Shown: piece after piece, positions 40,703 to 53,028 of the stretch
Layout: each line of letters starts with the position of its first letter
Numbering within the stretch: position 1 is the first letter of the stretch
Assembly: GCA_034437735.1 (NCBI GenBank)
Contig: DAOTTS010000118.1
Coordinates: forward strand, 7,930-71,929
Direction: 5' to 3'
Source of the DNA: Anaerolineae bacterium
Lineage (GTDB): Bacteria; Chloroflexota; Anaerolineae; B4-G1; SLSP01
DNA length: 64,000 nucleotides
Position numbers and translations under genes: made by a program
The notes under the pieces: generated by a model
What the model was told of the DNA's origin: nothing
The model's input: the letters and a program-made list of their open reading frames with translations, nothing else
Databases searched by the model: none

Positions 40703-40750
40703 CAAACATATCCAACAAACATATCCAACAAACATATCACCCAAACATAG
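40703..40750 (+). repeat. 3.7 x 13-bp tandem direct repeat CAAACATATCCAA in GH43 5' region
   Basis: The repeat ends 10 nt before the GH43 start. Confidence 0.6.
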
Positions 40751-40760
40751 AAGGGATCTG

Positions 40761-42380
40761 GTGACAATGGAAATACAAACGACGACCGGCTCGTGGGGCG
40801 ATCAGGGCCACGGTACGTACCGCAACCCGATCCTGAACGCCGACTATCCTGACGTCGACGTGGAGCAGTTTGGCGACACCTACTACATGATCTCATCTAA
40901 GCAGCATATGGCGCCGGGGATGGTGATCCTTCAATCCAAAGACATGGTCAACTGGCAGACCATCGACCACGTCTGGGATCGTCTATCCTGGGACCCGAAA
41001 TATGACTGGGATCAGATGGATGGTTACGGATATGGGGTTTGGGCCGGCGACCTAGCGTATCACGAGGGCCGGTGGTATTGCTACCAGATCGATCATACGA
41101 ACGGATTGTATATGAGCAGCGCCGAGGAGATTCGGGGACCTTGGACGGAGCCCCATCGGATGCTCGAGACGACGGGTTGGACGGATCCAGCCGTCGCCTG
41201 GGACGACCAGGCGCAGCAAGCCTACCTGGTGTGTAACGAGGGCACGGACGCGGAACAAGACGGTAACGGTATTCGGCTCTTCAAAATGAGCTGGGACGGT
41301 CGTGAACTGCTGGACGAGGGCGACGTCATCTATCGCGGCGAGGGAGCGGAGGCAGCAAAAATCTACCGTATCGACGGCCAATGGTACGTTTTTCTCGCTC
41401 AGTGGTTTCGCCCCGATCCAAATCCCCCGGATCATCCCTATGCCGACCCCGACGACCGCAAGCAGATCGTGCTCCGGTCCACCACAGACAGCATCTATGG
41501 TCCCTATGAGATGAAAATTGTGTATCAGCGCGGCAACGGCGTAATCCGGAGCTGCAGCCAGGGCGCGCTGATGCAGGCACCGGATGGATCATGGTGGTAT
41601 ACGCATCAGTTGATCCAGAACGGCCCAGCCCCCTTCCAGGGGCGTCCCCAGATGCTCCAACCGGTGAAATGGATCGATGGGTGGCCCATCATTGGCGAGG
41701 ATAGCAACGACGACGGTATAGGCGAACCGGTACTGGACCACGTTAAGCCCATTGCCGGCCACACAGTCACCGCTCCGCCGACGGACGATGAGTTCGATAC
41801 ACCCGAACTGGGGCCGCAATGGGAGTGGAACCATAATCCGCGAGACAGCCATTGGTCGCTGACTGAACGCCCCGGCTGGCTGCGACTGAAAGCCTCGGTC
41901 CCCGCCGACGGGGGAGGATTTTGGAAGGCCTGCAACACCCTGAGTCAGCGCGTGATGGGCACAACACTCGGTGTGGCTGTGGCGAATTTTGACCTATCCG
42001 GGATGCAGCCCGGACAGCGCGCAGGCTTCGTGAGATTCGGAGGCGTCTATCATCTAATCGGCGTTTATATGGACGAAAGCGGCACCCGGCAGCTTTTCTT
42101 CGACGACGATGGCAAGCTCATATCCGGACCGGTTTTCCGCAACGACCAGCTTTGGATATACACGCGCAATGAGGGAAATAGGGCGCACTTCACGTATAGT
42201 CATGATGGAGAACACTTCGAACGTTTTGGGCCAATCTTCAAGATCGCCTTTGGCAAATGGACCGGGGATCGTTTAGGATTCTTCTGCTGGAACGAGCAGG
42301 AGGCCGCCGGACACGTGGACGTCGGTTTCTTCCGGTACGAATATGACGGCCCCAAGAGAGCCTCAGGGGAACCCGCGTGA
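40761..42380 (+). CDS. glycoside hydrolase family 43 (beta-xylosidase/alpha-L-arabinofuranosidase-like) with C-terminal beta-sandwich domain
   Basis: GH43 five-bladed propeller signatures NPILNADYPDVDV and GVWAGDLAYHEG. Start at GTG 40761 or ATG 40767. Confidence 0.85.
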   Translation: MTMEIQTTTGSWGDQGHGTYRNPILNADYPDVDVEQFGDTYYMISSKQHMAPGMVILQSKDMVNWQTIDHVWDRLSWDPKYDWDQMDGYGYGVWAGDLAYHEGRWYCYQIDHTNGLYMSSAEEIRGPWTEPHRMLETTGWTDPAVAWDDQAQQAYLVCNEGTDAEQDGNGIRLFKMSWDGRELLDEGDVIYRGEGAEAAKIYRIDGQWYVFLAQWFRPDPNPPDHPYADPDDRKQIVLRSTTDSIYGPYEMKIVYQRGNGVIRSCSQGALMQAPDGSWWYTHQLIQNGPAPFQGRPQMLQPVKWIDGWPIIGEDSNDDGIGEPVLDHVKPIAGHTVTAPPTDDEFDTPELGPQWEWNHNPRDSHWSLTERPGWLRLKASVPADGGGFWKACNTLSQRVMGTTLGVAVANFDLSGMQPGQRAGFVRFGGVYHLIGVYMDESGTRQLFFDDDGKLISGPVFRNDQLWIYTRNEGNRAHFTYSHDGEHFERFGPIFKIAFGKWTGDRLGFFCWNEQEAAGHVDVGFFRYEYDGPKRASGEPA

Positions 42381-42387
42381 AGCAACA

Positions 42388-42420
42388 GGGGATGGTTGAC
42401 CCCGATCGTCAACCATCCCC
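42388..42420. terminator. 13-bp perfect hairpin between convergent GH43 and DUF2156 genes (bidirectional terminator candidate)
   Basis: GGGGATGGTTGAC-cccgatc-GTCAACCATCCCC. Confidence 0.55.
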
Positions 42421-42431
42421 ATCTAGCAGCA

Positions 42432-43346
42432 TCAATGGTCTGCCAGCGTGACCGTGTACTTCTTGACCAGATGATCGGGGTGATAGGATTCCTTGGCGCG
42501 GCGCAGGCCGGAGATGCCAAGATCCTGCTCGCGGTTGATAAAGGCGACGGTGTCCATCCAGCGTTCCGCCGAATAGGAATGAGTCATCGCAGGATAGATA
42601 TTCCGATAGTCCGGGTTTGCCTTCTCGATGTGAACGACCGCCGTATCCTCATTGAGTTTCTCCCCTAGAGCAAAAGCCCGGACTGTATCATCGATCAGCA
42701 GCGCACCGCCGGAGATCTCCAGCTCGTGAAAGTGGTTCAACGCATCCTCAATGCCGGAGAACTCGTGGCTCAGGCTGATATCATCCTCACACTGACGCTG
42801 TTCGCACCAGACTTCGGCCAATCGCAGACACTGATCGAGTAAGGAATCCGTGATCGGTTCGTAGCGATACTCGTAATAATAGTCGAACTGCGTCACCTGA
42901 TTGCGCTTCCGACGATAGTGATCGCCTTCCAACGTGCCCAAGTCTTCACTGCGATAAACGTAATCGAAATGATCGCGCGTGGGCTCGCACACAAATCGAT
43001 CGGAGTCAGAAAGCTCATCGACCAACCGCTGATCCGCTCGGCGGATCTCGGGCTTCTCAACCCCCTTCTCATCTCGCAGCCAAACCAGCAGGCGCTCCGT
43101 GAGTTCCACGCGGGGGTTTGAGCTTACAGGCGTAAACGCGAAACACTCGTCATCCCTCTCAGCCAAGAACACCAAACAATCATCGGCGACCGTCCACTGC
43201 AGATTATAATAGGCGCGCCATATATAGAAATTCGCGAAGGTTAACTCCGAAACCTCAGGTTGATAGGCCCAGAGACGTGGATGAATCTCATCCCGGTCCT
43301 CAAACTCAAAGGGTTTAAAGGCTGAAAAAGCAGGCTTTGCATTCAC
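42432..43346 (-). CDS. DUF2156 (MprF C-terminal, aminoacyl-tRNA-dependent transferase-like) domain protein
   Basis: Start proposed at GTG 43346 (GAGAGGAG RBS). This avoids overlap with the upstream gene. FANFYIWRAYYNL...  region resembles the LPG_synthase_C family. Confidence 0.45.
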   Translation of the reverse strand: MNAKPAFSAFKPFEFEDRDEIHPRLWAYQPEVSELTFANFYIWRAYYNLQWTVADDCLVFLAERDDECFAFTPVSSNPRVELTERLLVWLRDEKGVEKPEIRRADQRLVDELSDSDRFVCEPTRDHFDYVYRSEDLGTLEGDHYRRKRNQVTQFDYYYEYRYEPITDSLLDQCLRLAEVWCEQRQCEDDISLSHEFSGIEDALNHFHELEISGGALLIDDTVRAFALGEKLNEDTAVVHIEKANPDYRNIYPAMTHSYSAERWMDTVAFINREQDLGISGLRRAKESYHPDHLVKKYTVTLADH

Positions 43347-43377
43347 TTGACGCTCCTCTCGATGACAAGGACTCTGT

Positions 43378-44052
43378 TTATGATGTCTGATGCTGAACGT
43401 TATCATCTTCTTGCAACCAAGTCAGCAGTTCGTAAAAATCGGAGATGACAAGGCTTGCAGCGGGCTGCAATCGACCGAGGATCTCTGACCTATCCTCACG
43501 TCCTGCGAAAAAACACGAGAGCACGCCGGCCCGGTGCGCAGCAAGGACGTCGATCTCTCGATCCCCGATCGCGAGACAGGTTCTCAGATTAAGAGAGTAC
43601 CGGTCAACCATCGCGTGTATGGATGCGGGATCCGGCTTTCGTGGGTACGGATCTTCCTCCGTGATCCAGTCCGTAAAGAGCGGTCGCATCGCATAGTAAT
43701 CCAGAAGCGGCCTTAGGTTCCCCCAGTCCCGATGGGTGACGATGAAATTGTAGCCCCCTGTCTCGTGGATATACTGACACACGGGCAAGACGCCGGGAAA
43801 CGGTGGTTGTTTCTCCGGCGGCATCGCCCTATAGGCGTCACGGAAGTCGCGCTCCAACGCATCCGCATCAAGGTCAAACGTATCGGCCAGTTTGCGAAGG
43901 GCCGAAGAGGTCGTCTGCCGAAAGAGGCCCATAAGCCGTGGCCCCTCGACGTCGACCCCGCGAGTATTCAACACGGACTGACACGCCGCAACCACGGCGG
44001 GATAGGTGTCAAAAAGGGTACCACCGGCATCCCAAATCAGCGCACGGATCAC
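43378..44052 (-). CDS. HAD-superfamily hydrolase (subfamily IA)
   Basis: LIWDAGGTLFDT motif I with catalytic Asp. Motif IV AIGDREIDVLAA. Confidence 0.8.
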   Translation of the reverse strand: MIRALIWDAGGTLFDTYPAVVAACQSVLNTRGVDVEGPRLMGLFRQTTSSALRKLADTFDLDADALERDFRDAYRAMPPEKQPPFPGVLPVCQYIHETGGYNFIVTHRDWGNLRPLLDYYAMRPLFTDWITEEDPYPRKPDPASIHAMVDRYSLNLRTCLAIGDREIDVLAAHRAGVLSCFFAGREDRSEILGRLQPAASLVISDFYELLTWLQEDDNVQHQTS

Positions 44053-44122
44053 AGAAACCCGACTCCCAACGCCCGCACGCGCTCAAGCGTCACGCGTGAT
44101 CATCCCCGGCCCCACGCACGAT

Positions 44123-47100
44123 CTAGAAACCCTCCAACTGACTGAGGTCCGCGATACCGGAAGCCAATCCCGCGACGCGCTGCAGCAATGCCAGCCGCGC
44201 TTCACGCACGTTCGGGTCCTCGGCCATCACCAGCACCTCATCGAAAAACCGCTGGATCGGATCGACCAAGGTCTGGAACGTCGTCAGGAAAGCATCCACG
44301 TCGGCGTTCGAATGCATGTGAGCCTCGGCCGCTTCCAGCGCTTCGTAGAGATCGACAGAGGCCGTCTCCTCCAGAACCGAGGCATCCAGTTCGTAGGCCG
44401 GTTGATCGCGCGTGATTCGGACACAGCGCGCATAGTTATCCAGAAGTAGGGACCAATCCTCACGCTCGACCCAATCACTGAGCTGCTCGGCTGCGCGTTG
44501 TGCCTTGATCGGATTATCGCCCTGGGCTGCAAGTGCAGCCTCCACGACGTCATAGGCCAGACCAGCGTCGCGTAACGCACTTCGCAGTCGAGCGATCGTG
44601 AATTCGAGCACCGATGCCTGAATCTCCGCATCTACGACCACGTCCAGGGCGTGACCAGCCCGCTCAAAGAGTTCGGACAGAGAGAGCGAGGTGTTCGTCC
44701 CCAGGAGAATCTGCACGATACCGGAAGCAGCGCGGCGCAACCCGTACGGGTCCGCCGATCCGGTCGGTTCCATGCCCACGGCGAATAGGCCGACGAGGCT
44801 GTCGGCGCGGTCCGCCAACCCTAGGGCAATCCCTGGGTCGCTTTCCGGAAGGTCGTCACCGGCCGAACGGGGCAGATAGTGCTCGTAGATAGCATCGGCA
44901 ACCGCAGCACTCTCTCCTGACCGGCGTGCATATTCCCGTCCCATCACACCCTGCAAACTCGTCATCTCGACCACCATCTTCGTGGCCAGATCGGCCTTGG
45001 CCAGATGTGCCGCCCGTTCCAGAGCGTCTAGCGCCAGGGTGTCAAGGCCTAATCGCCGTCCTATCCAGGGAGCCAACGCCTCGAGGCGCTCGGTCTTCTC
45101 CAACATCGACCCGAGGTCGGCCTGGAACGTGAGTTTTGCCAGATCCTCTCGGAAGCTCTCCAGATGGCGCCGGCAGTCTTGATTATAAAAGAATTCTGCG
45201 TCCGCGTAACGGGCCCGGATCACGTCCTCGTTCCCCTGTCGGACGATATCCAGATGCTCGCGGCCACCGTTTCGAATCGTCACGAAGTACGACAGAATCC
45301 GCCCCCGGCGATCCAACACCGGGAAATACCGCTGATGCTTCTTCATCACCGCAATGAGTACGTCCTGGGGCAAGGTCAGGTACCGCTTTTCAAAGGAACC
45401 GCGTATAGCGGTCGGAACCTCGACGAGATTCGTCACCTCGGTCAGCAGTGCATCGTCATCCGGCAGCACGCCCTCAACCTCAGCCGCGACTTCTTGGGCC
45501 TGGCGCAGGATTTCGTTGCGGCGCTCCTGGGGATCAACTAGGACCCCATAGGAGGACAGCGTCGACACGTAATCCCTGGCAGAGGCCAGAGCGACCTCCG
45601 GGGATCCAACCGGGCGCGGCCCTCGGGTGACGCGCCCGCTCCGCACCCCCGCGTACTCGAGGGGAATCACCCGTTCATCCAGAAGACAGACCAACCAGCG
45701 GATGGGCCGGCTGAAAGCAACCTGCGTGGCGTTCCACCGCATCGAACGCGGTACGTGGAGGTCCGCGATCCAATCGACCGATGCCTCTTGCAGAACCTCG
45801 GAGGCGGGGCGTCCCTCGACCTTCTGCTCCATGACGACATACTTCCCGCCGTCCATCTCCACTACCCTCAGGTCTTCGACAGATCCACCCCGCGATCGTG
45901 CGAACCCCTCGGCTGCCCGGGTGGGTTCCCCATCGTCGTCATAAGCCACCTGAGCCGGCGGCCCTTTCACTACCCGTTCCTCATCGGACTGGCGGGAGGC
46001 CAGATTCTCCACAAAGATAACGAGACGACGCGGCGTCCCCCAGACGTGAACGTCCTCATAATCCAATCGCAGCGTATTCAGGGCCTCTGGGACGCGCCGG
46101 CGAAGTTGAGCCAGCAGATGGGAAAGATGACCTGCCGGAAGCTCCTCGGTTCCAATCTCAAAGAGGAAGGGGACCCGGCCTTCCGGCTGCGGTCCTAGGG
46201 ACCGCTCCTCCCGTTCGCGGAGCGGAAGATGCATCAGGCGCCCATCGACGACAGGAGCTTCGGTCAGACCCGGACGATCTAGCCACGGGTTCTCCGCGTT
46301 CTCACGTTGGGCGAGATAGGCATCCGCGACGCGGCGGGTGAGGTCCCGCATCCGCTTGAAGAAGGCCGCTCTCTCCTTGACCCCGACCGTTCCCCGGGAG
46401 TCCAGAAGGTTGAAGGTGTGCGAACAGCGCAGAATATAGTCGAGCGCCGGCACCACCAACCCGTGCTCCATAGCCATCAGTGCTTCCTGCTCGAACAGTT
46501 CGTACATATGTTGAAGCCGCTCGACGCCCGCAAGCTCAAACTCGTACCGGCAGTAATCCACCTCTTGATCCCGCAGGATCTCACCGTAGGTGTGTGTGTC
46601 ATCCCAGAGGATATCCCACACGGACCTTTTGCGCTGAAGGTACATCACGATGCGTTCGAGACCATAGGTGATCTCCACGGAGGGAACGTCCAATGGGATG
46701 CCGCCCGCCTGCTGGAAATACGTATACTGGGTGATCTCCTGACCATCGAGCCAGACCTCCCAACCCAGCCCCCAGGCGCCGATCACCGGGCTCTCCCAGT
46801 TATCCTCGACAAAACGGATGTCGTGCTCCTCACGGCGGATTCCTAACGCGGCCAGGCTCTCCAGATATCGCTCCTGAGGATCGCCGGGGTCCGGCTTGAG
46901 GATAACCTGGAATTGGGTATGCATCTGCATGCGATTGGGATTCTCGGCGTATCGCCCATCATCCGGGCGATAGGAAGGTTCCACATAGCCCACGTTCCAC
47001 GGCTCAGGGCCCAGAACCCGTAAGACCGTCGCGGGGTTCATCGTGCCGGCGCCCAGCTTCTCACTGTATGGCTGCCATATAAGCGCCCCTTGATCCGACC

Positions 47101-47152
47101 AATAACGCTGCAAACGCAATATAGCCTCTTGAAACGTCAGCATACTCAGCAT
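44123..47152 (-). CDS. glyQS: glycine--tRNA ligase, fused alpha-beta subunits (GlyQ-GlyS)
   Basis: N-terminal 290 aa match GlyQ ([12 protein letters not shown]...). The remainder matches GlyS with anticodon-binding domain. Single 1009-aa ORF. Confidence 0.9.
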   Translation of the reverse strand: MLSMLTFQEAILRLQRYWSDQGALIWQPYSEKLGAGTMNPATVLRVLGPEPWNVGYVEPSYRPDDGRYAENPNRMQMHTQFQVILKPDPGDPQERYLESLAALGIRREEHDIRFVEDNWESPVIGAWGLGWEVWLDGQEITQYTYFQQAGGIPLDVPSVEITYGLERIVMYLQRKRSVWDILWDDTHTYGEILRDQEVDYCRYEFELAGVERLQHMYELFEQEALMAMEHGLVVPALDYILRCSHTFNLLDSRGTVGVKERAAFFKRMRDLTRRVADAYLAQRENAENPWLDRPGLTEAPVVDGRLMHLPLREREERSLGPQPEGRVPFLFEIGTEELPAGHLSHLLAQLRRRVPEALNTLRLDYEDVHVWGTPRRLVIFVENLASRQSDEERVVKGPPAQVAYDDDGEPTRAAEGFARSRGGSVEDLRVVEMDGGKYVVMEQKVEGRPASEVLQEASVDWIADLHVPRSMRWNATQVAFSRPIRWLVCLLDERVIPLEYAGVRSGRVTRGPRPVGSPEVALASARDYVSTLSSYGVLVDPQERRNEILRQAQEVAAEVEGVLPDDDALLTEVTNLVEVPTAIRGSFEKRYLTLPQDVLIAVMKKHQRYFPVLDRRGRILSYFVTIRNGGREHLDIVRQGNEDVIRARYADAEFFYNQDCRRHLESFREDLAKLTFQADLGSMLEKTERLEALAPWIGRRLGLDTLALDALERAAHLAKADLATKMVVEMTSLQGVMGREYARRSGESAAVADAIYEHYLPRSAGDDLPESDPGIALGLADRADSLVGLFAVGMEPTGSADPYGLRRAASGIVQILLGTNTSLSLSELFERAGHALDVVVDAEIQASVLEFTIARLRSALRDAGLAYDVVEAALAAQGDNPIKAQRAAEQLSDWVEREDWSLLLDNYARCVRITRDQPAYELDASVLEETASVDLYEALEAAEAHMHSNADVDAFLTTFQTLVDPIQRFFDEVLVMAEDPNVREARLALLQRVAGLASGIADLSQLEGF

Positions 47153-47255
47153 ACACCTTTACCTTTCAAAGCTAAGTTAACTCAAAAACCATAAGACCTA
47201 GATCATCAAACAATCTGAAAACTCACGACGCTAAGGGTTGGCTGTCAAATAACTT

Positions 47256-47320
47256 CCGCAAAATCAAGCTGAAAGCGGTGTCAAAAGCACCCCAGGCGTC
47301 AAAGTTATTGAGCTTTCAGC
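47256..47320 (-). terminator. terminator-like structure overlapping the GNAT gene 3' end (9-bp outer stem with internal hairpin, then UUGAUUUU)
   Basis: Minus strand reads GGCTGAAAGC ... GCTTTCAGC followed by TTGATTTT. Atypically large loop. Confidence 0.3.
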
Positions 47321-47904
47321 CCTAAGGGATCCACCCAGGTGTCACGAAGTGCGGAAAAGACGAGCGTGTCCTCGCGACTCCCATCATCTAAACGACGTTG
47401 AGCCCGGAGGGTACCCTCCAAGATCATCCCGGCCTTCTCGGCTGTCCTGCGGCTGGCCAGATTCTGTGCGCTGCATCGCCAGCTCAGCCGCTCCCACGGC
47501 CAGGCCGAGAATCCCCAATCGAGAATCGTACAGAGCACCTGAGTCCCAAGACCTTGACCGGCATAGAAAGCGTGAATCCACATGCCGATCTCCGCCGAGC
47601 GGTTGTCAAGCGGCCCCTCACGCAGATGGAATCCCGAACCGCCCAAACACCGCGACCGGTCCGAATCGAAAATGGCCAGGACGAACTCCTGGTTGGTCAG
47701 GTAACGGGCGCGAAAGAAGCGGGCGGTCCTTTCCGCCTCACCAACCGCCGTATGCGGCTTCGCCCAGGGCATCCAGGGCGCCAGGTGTTCGTAGGACGCG
47801 TCGAGCGCCTCGGCGAGACGTTCACCGTCTCCAGGCAGATAGCTCCGCACGATGTAGTCATCCGTTTTCACCATCTCGGGTGGCACAAAACGATCGAAGT
47901 TCAT
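47305..47904 (-). CDS. GNAT family N-acetyltransferase (RimJ/RimL-like)
   Basis: Start corrected to MNFDRF (AAGAGGAAAA RBS). Acetyl-CoA binding motif QGLGTQVL. Confidence 0.8.
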   Translation of the reverse strand: MNFDRFVPPEMVKTDDYIVRSYLPGDGERLAEALDASYEHLAPWMPWAKPHTAVGEAERTARFFRARYLTNQEFVLAIFDSDRSRCLGGSGFHLREGPLDNRSAEIGMWIHAFYAGQGLGTQVLCTILDWGFSAWPWERLSWRCSAQNLASRRTAEKAGMILEGTLRAQRRLDDGSREDTLVFSALRDTWVDPLGLKAQ

Positions 47905-47948
47905 AGCTTTTCCTCTTGGACGTATCGATAACAAGCCAAACCTAAAGG

Positions 47949-48773
47949 TCAATGGAGATGACGAAGGTTACGTCGAGATCCGCTTTTCGTGTCAAGCAAC
48001 TGCAGAGAGGAGGGGCGCCTTTCCAAATGATAAGAAATATAGTGCTCCATCACCTGTGAGAGCTCGGTCCTCGTCGCATCGTTAAGACCATAACTTAGGA
48101 CGTCCGCATAATCACGCCGCTGCAAGACCTGCAGCCAAGAAAGCGCGCTGGGTGAGAGCGAACGCACTCCCACCGCCTCTCGATGATTCATCATACACTC
48201 AGCACACAGAGCCCCACCCCGACCGGGATCAAGCCCATAGGGCCGCCGGTCCGAAGGTCGCGGCTTCAGCAACGTCATACAGATCTCGCCGTCCCGCTCG
48301 CCGACACAGTGATCCCACTCGGGTCGGAAACCTGCCAGGTTCAGGAGGCGCTGCTCGTACCATCGGACCAGCAGCTCGGGCTTCTCCACGACCTCAAGGT
48401 CATCAAGCGCACGGTCGAAAACCTGATAAAGCTGCGGATTGCTCTCGTGCTCAAAGAATCGTACGATGAGTTCTGATAGGTAGCGCGCATAGGTCGCACG
48501 CTCGAAATCCTCCCGCAGACCCGCCCTGAGCACAATCGCCTCAGCCTGACTGACGATATCCCAATAGTTCTCCACCCGGGCTACAAGGAGTCGAGCGCGA
48601 GTGAAAAGCTCAAGGTGGCCGGATTTGCGGGACGTGGGCTTTCTCACGCCCTTCGCCAATAGATCGAGCCGTCCCTCAGGCGTCAGGGTGATCAGGACCC
48701 GATCAGCCTCACCGTAGTCCCGTCGACCCAGAATAATGCATTCCGTCTGATAAAGCCTACCCCTCGGTGGCAT
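47949..48773 (-). CDS. recO: DNA repair protein RecO
   Basis: N-terminal OB fold. C-terminal zinc motif CxxC...CAEC. Confidence 0.8.
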   Translation of the reverse strand: MPPRGRLYQTECIILGRRDYGEADRVLITLTPEGRLDLLAKGVRKPTSRKSGHLELFTRARLLVARVENYWDIVSQAEAIVLRAGLREDFERATYARYLSELIVRFFEHESNPQLYQVFDRALDDLEVVEKPELLVRWYEQRLLNLAGFRPEWDHCVGERDGEICMTLLKPRPSDRRPYGLDPGRGGALCAECMMNHREAVGVRSLSPSALSWLQVLQRRDYADVLSYGLNDATRTELSQVMEHYISYHLERRPSSLQLLDTKSGSRRNLRHLH

Positions 48774-48815
48774 ATCCCATTCCCTGACAATCGCTTACCA
48801 AATATGACTTCCCGT

Positions 48816-48890
48816 CCATAACGCTTCCAGCCCCCGTACCCTCCGGGCAGGCTTCGCACTCCTCGGGGGCGTCGGTGCGGGAACTTGTTC
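48816..48890 (+). repeat. dispersed intergenic repeat, copy 3 of 3 (with 21-nt internal insertion)
   Basis: CCATAACGCTTCCAGCCCCCGTACC-[ctccgggcaggcttcgcactc]-CTCGGGGGCGTCGGTGCGGGAACTTGTT. Confidence 0.5.
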
Positions 48891-48936
48891 TTTTACAGAC
48901 CCTAAGCGCCTCCGTAATCCAAACGCCCGTGCATCG

Positions 48937-49488
48937 TTATGGATCAACGGCGATTGCCGCGTCATTCACAACCTGTCCCCGTTCCTTTAGAGGACGTCGG
49001 GCGGCCTTGCTTAGTACCTCGCCCAGCGGCTCAATCTCAACCGGGTTTCCCCACGCACTGAGCTTCAGCAAGCCCTGCGCCTGCGTTGAAGCCCAGAGTC
49101 GGGCCATCGTGTAAGTTGCCCGCTCCGTTTTTTCAAAATCCTGCGTCTCGTACACAAAACCATCCAACTCCTGAAAAGGCAAGGCCACGATCGTGCGTCG
49201 CCCCAGCCCCAACCAGACATACGTCAGGCTCAACTCGCCACCATCCGGCAACCGCTCCAGATATCCCTCTTCGTGCAGTGGGGTCGTGGCTGCAATAGCC
49301 ACGCCGACAACGAGCGTGAACCCTCCGACAATACCGAGCAGGATCCAGCGTGCCGGATGGGTCGAGAGCAGCATAAACACAGACAACACAGACAAACCCA
49401 CCAACAAACTCAGCTCGATCCAGATCACCGGCCATCGAACCACCCATTCAACGTGATTATGAGTTTCGTCTGTGATTTCCAACCTCAT
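48937..49488 (-). CDS. hypothetical membrane protein (two TM helices)
   Basis: ORF with AGAGGTGAGGG RBS. Two hydrophobic helices. No recognisable family. Confidence 0.5.
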   Translation of the reverse strand: MRLEITDETHNHVEWVVRWPVIWIELSLLVGLSVLSVFMLLSTHPARWILLGIVGGFTLVVGVAIAATTPLHEEGYLERLPDGGELSLTYVWLGLGRRTIVALPFQELDGFVYETQDFEKTERATYTMARLWASTQAQGLLKLSAWGNPVEIEPLGEVLSKAARRPLKERGQVVNDAAIAVDP

Positions 49489-49588
49489 GAACCCTCACCT
49501 CTGTTCGCCCTATCGAGTGAAAACTCAAGTTGATAGTATACCGTACCTCGATCTTTCAGCAATCGCGCGGAATGACACTCAACATAGC

Positions 49589-49616
49589 TTGTAACAAAGA
49601 TGCCTACGACTATAAT
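49589..49616 (+). promoter_or_regulatory. promoter TTGTAA-16-TATAAT placing +1 at the ATG (leaderless mRNA)
   Basis: TATAAT 49611-49616, then agggct, then ATG at 49623. Confidence 0.45.
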
Positions 49617-49622
49617 AGGGCT

Positions 49623-50084
49623 ATGACAGGACAGGACATGGCGCACGCACGCAGCTTCAAATGGGGATGTTCTCTGAGCGTTCTGGTCATCGTCGCCATC
49701 ATCATCATTGGAGGCGCATGGTTTTTCATGACCAGACCCCCGGTGGAGCCTGCCGGCCCGCGCCCTACAGCGGTCTTCCGGACGGCGACCCCCACGTTGA
49801 CACCAACGCCCTTGCCCACCCCAACCCCACCTTCGGTTCCATCGGGAGAGCTGGGGCGCGGGGTTCGTACCCAGGTCACCGGCACCGGAAGTGCCGGGCT
49901 GAGCTTGCGGGAAAATCCCGGCACCGGCACAGAGCGCATCGACGTAGCATCAGATGGCGAAATCTTTCTCGTCGTCGCCGGCCCTGAAGAGGCGGACGGA
50001 TATACGTGGTGGCTCCTTCGCGACGAAAACGATCCCCAGCGCGAGGGTTGGGCCGCGGCAACCTACCTCACGCCGATTGAATGA
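49623..50084 (+). CDS. membrane-anchored SH3b-like domain protein
   Basis: Start chosen at 49623 (leaderless). TM helix, TPTPLPTPTPP linker, then C-terminal SH3-like fold (GTGSAGLSLRENPG...GYTWWLLRD). Confidence 0.5.
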   Translation: MTGQDMAHARSFKWGCSLSVLVIVAIIIIGGAWFFMTRPPVEPAGPRPTAVFRTATPTLTPTPLPTPTPPSVPSGELGRGVRTQVTGTGSAGLSLRENPGTGTERIDVASDGEIFLVVAGPEEADGYTWWLLRDENDPQREGWAAATYLTPIE

Positions 50085-52232
<2,148 letters not shown>

Positions 52233-52397
52233 CCGAAGTGTGGGTTTCGTTCAATTGTTACCTGGGCATAATCTGCTATCCTGTTGCTATAGATACAACC
52301 AGCCGATCGCAGCGAATTCATAGTAGGAACCGACGTATCGGTGCCATTTGCAATCTTCACACAGACAACTTTACATAGACAGTGAAGGAGGGTTAGT

Positions 52398-52928
52398 ATG
52401 AGCCTCTTAGGCGACCAGTCAATGGGTTCACCTGTGCAGGAACATCCGGCGCACATAGCGAACGATCTGCAATGGATTAGCGGCAACCTTGAGACGTTAG
52501 GAAATCCCAATAACTACATCAATCAGGAAGATCAGGATATCCTGAGGGTCAATAGCGCTGAAATTGCCCCTTGGACGTTCACGGGATTGCCAGCCAGCCA
52601 GGCGCCCAAGGTTATGATCCGGCGATCAAACATCCAATTCGTGATCTTTCACGGCGAGGAGGCCCTAGAGCAGTTCAGAGAAGCACCACGTACCGCATCC
52701 TTGATCCTCAACTTATCCTTGGTCATCGTCAGAGGTCAGGCGCCTCTGATGAGCGAGGCGAAGGAGGATAACTTCCTCGATTTCTGGAAAGGGGATTTCA
52801 TCCCCATCTCGGATGCGAGTCTTTATTACCTGGCCGAAGCGCCTGTCGATATTCCCACCACGACAGAGCTCCTATACCTGAACGCGAACCAGATCCAGAG
52901 CTACGTGCAGACGTACGTGCAGACGTAA
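52398..52928 (+). CDS. hypothetical protein (lower-GC ORF, no recognisable family)
   Basis: Strong RBS GAAGGAGGG. About 52% GC against about 61% for flanking genes. Ends with tandemly duplicated TACGTGCAGACG (YVQTYVQT). Confidence 0.5.
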   Translation: MSLLGDQSMGSPVQEHPAHIANDLQWISGNLETLGNPNNYINQEDQDILRVNSAEIAPWTFTGLPASQAPKVMIRRSNIQFVIFHGEEALEQFREAPRTASLILNLSLVIVRGQAPLMSEAKEDNFLDFWKGDFIPISDASLYYLAEAPVDIPTTTELLYLNANQIQSYVQTYVQT

Positions 52929-53028
52929 TAGCTCTCACCGATTCAAGGACGATAGACCACAGCAAGGATTGTCAGCACGACCGTGATGATGGGCCAGAAG
53001 TAGATCAAGCGATCAAGGAGACATAAAG

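Noticed and set aside
47153-47304. Possible T-box riboswitch upstream of glyQS
   Set aside because: No AGGGTGGNACCGCG T-box sequence and no specifier-loop context were found in the leader. Only a terminator-like hairpin belonging to the upstream GNAT gene is present.
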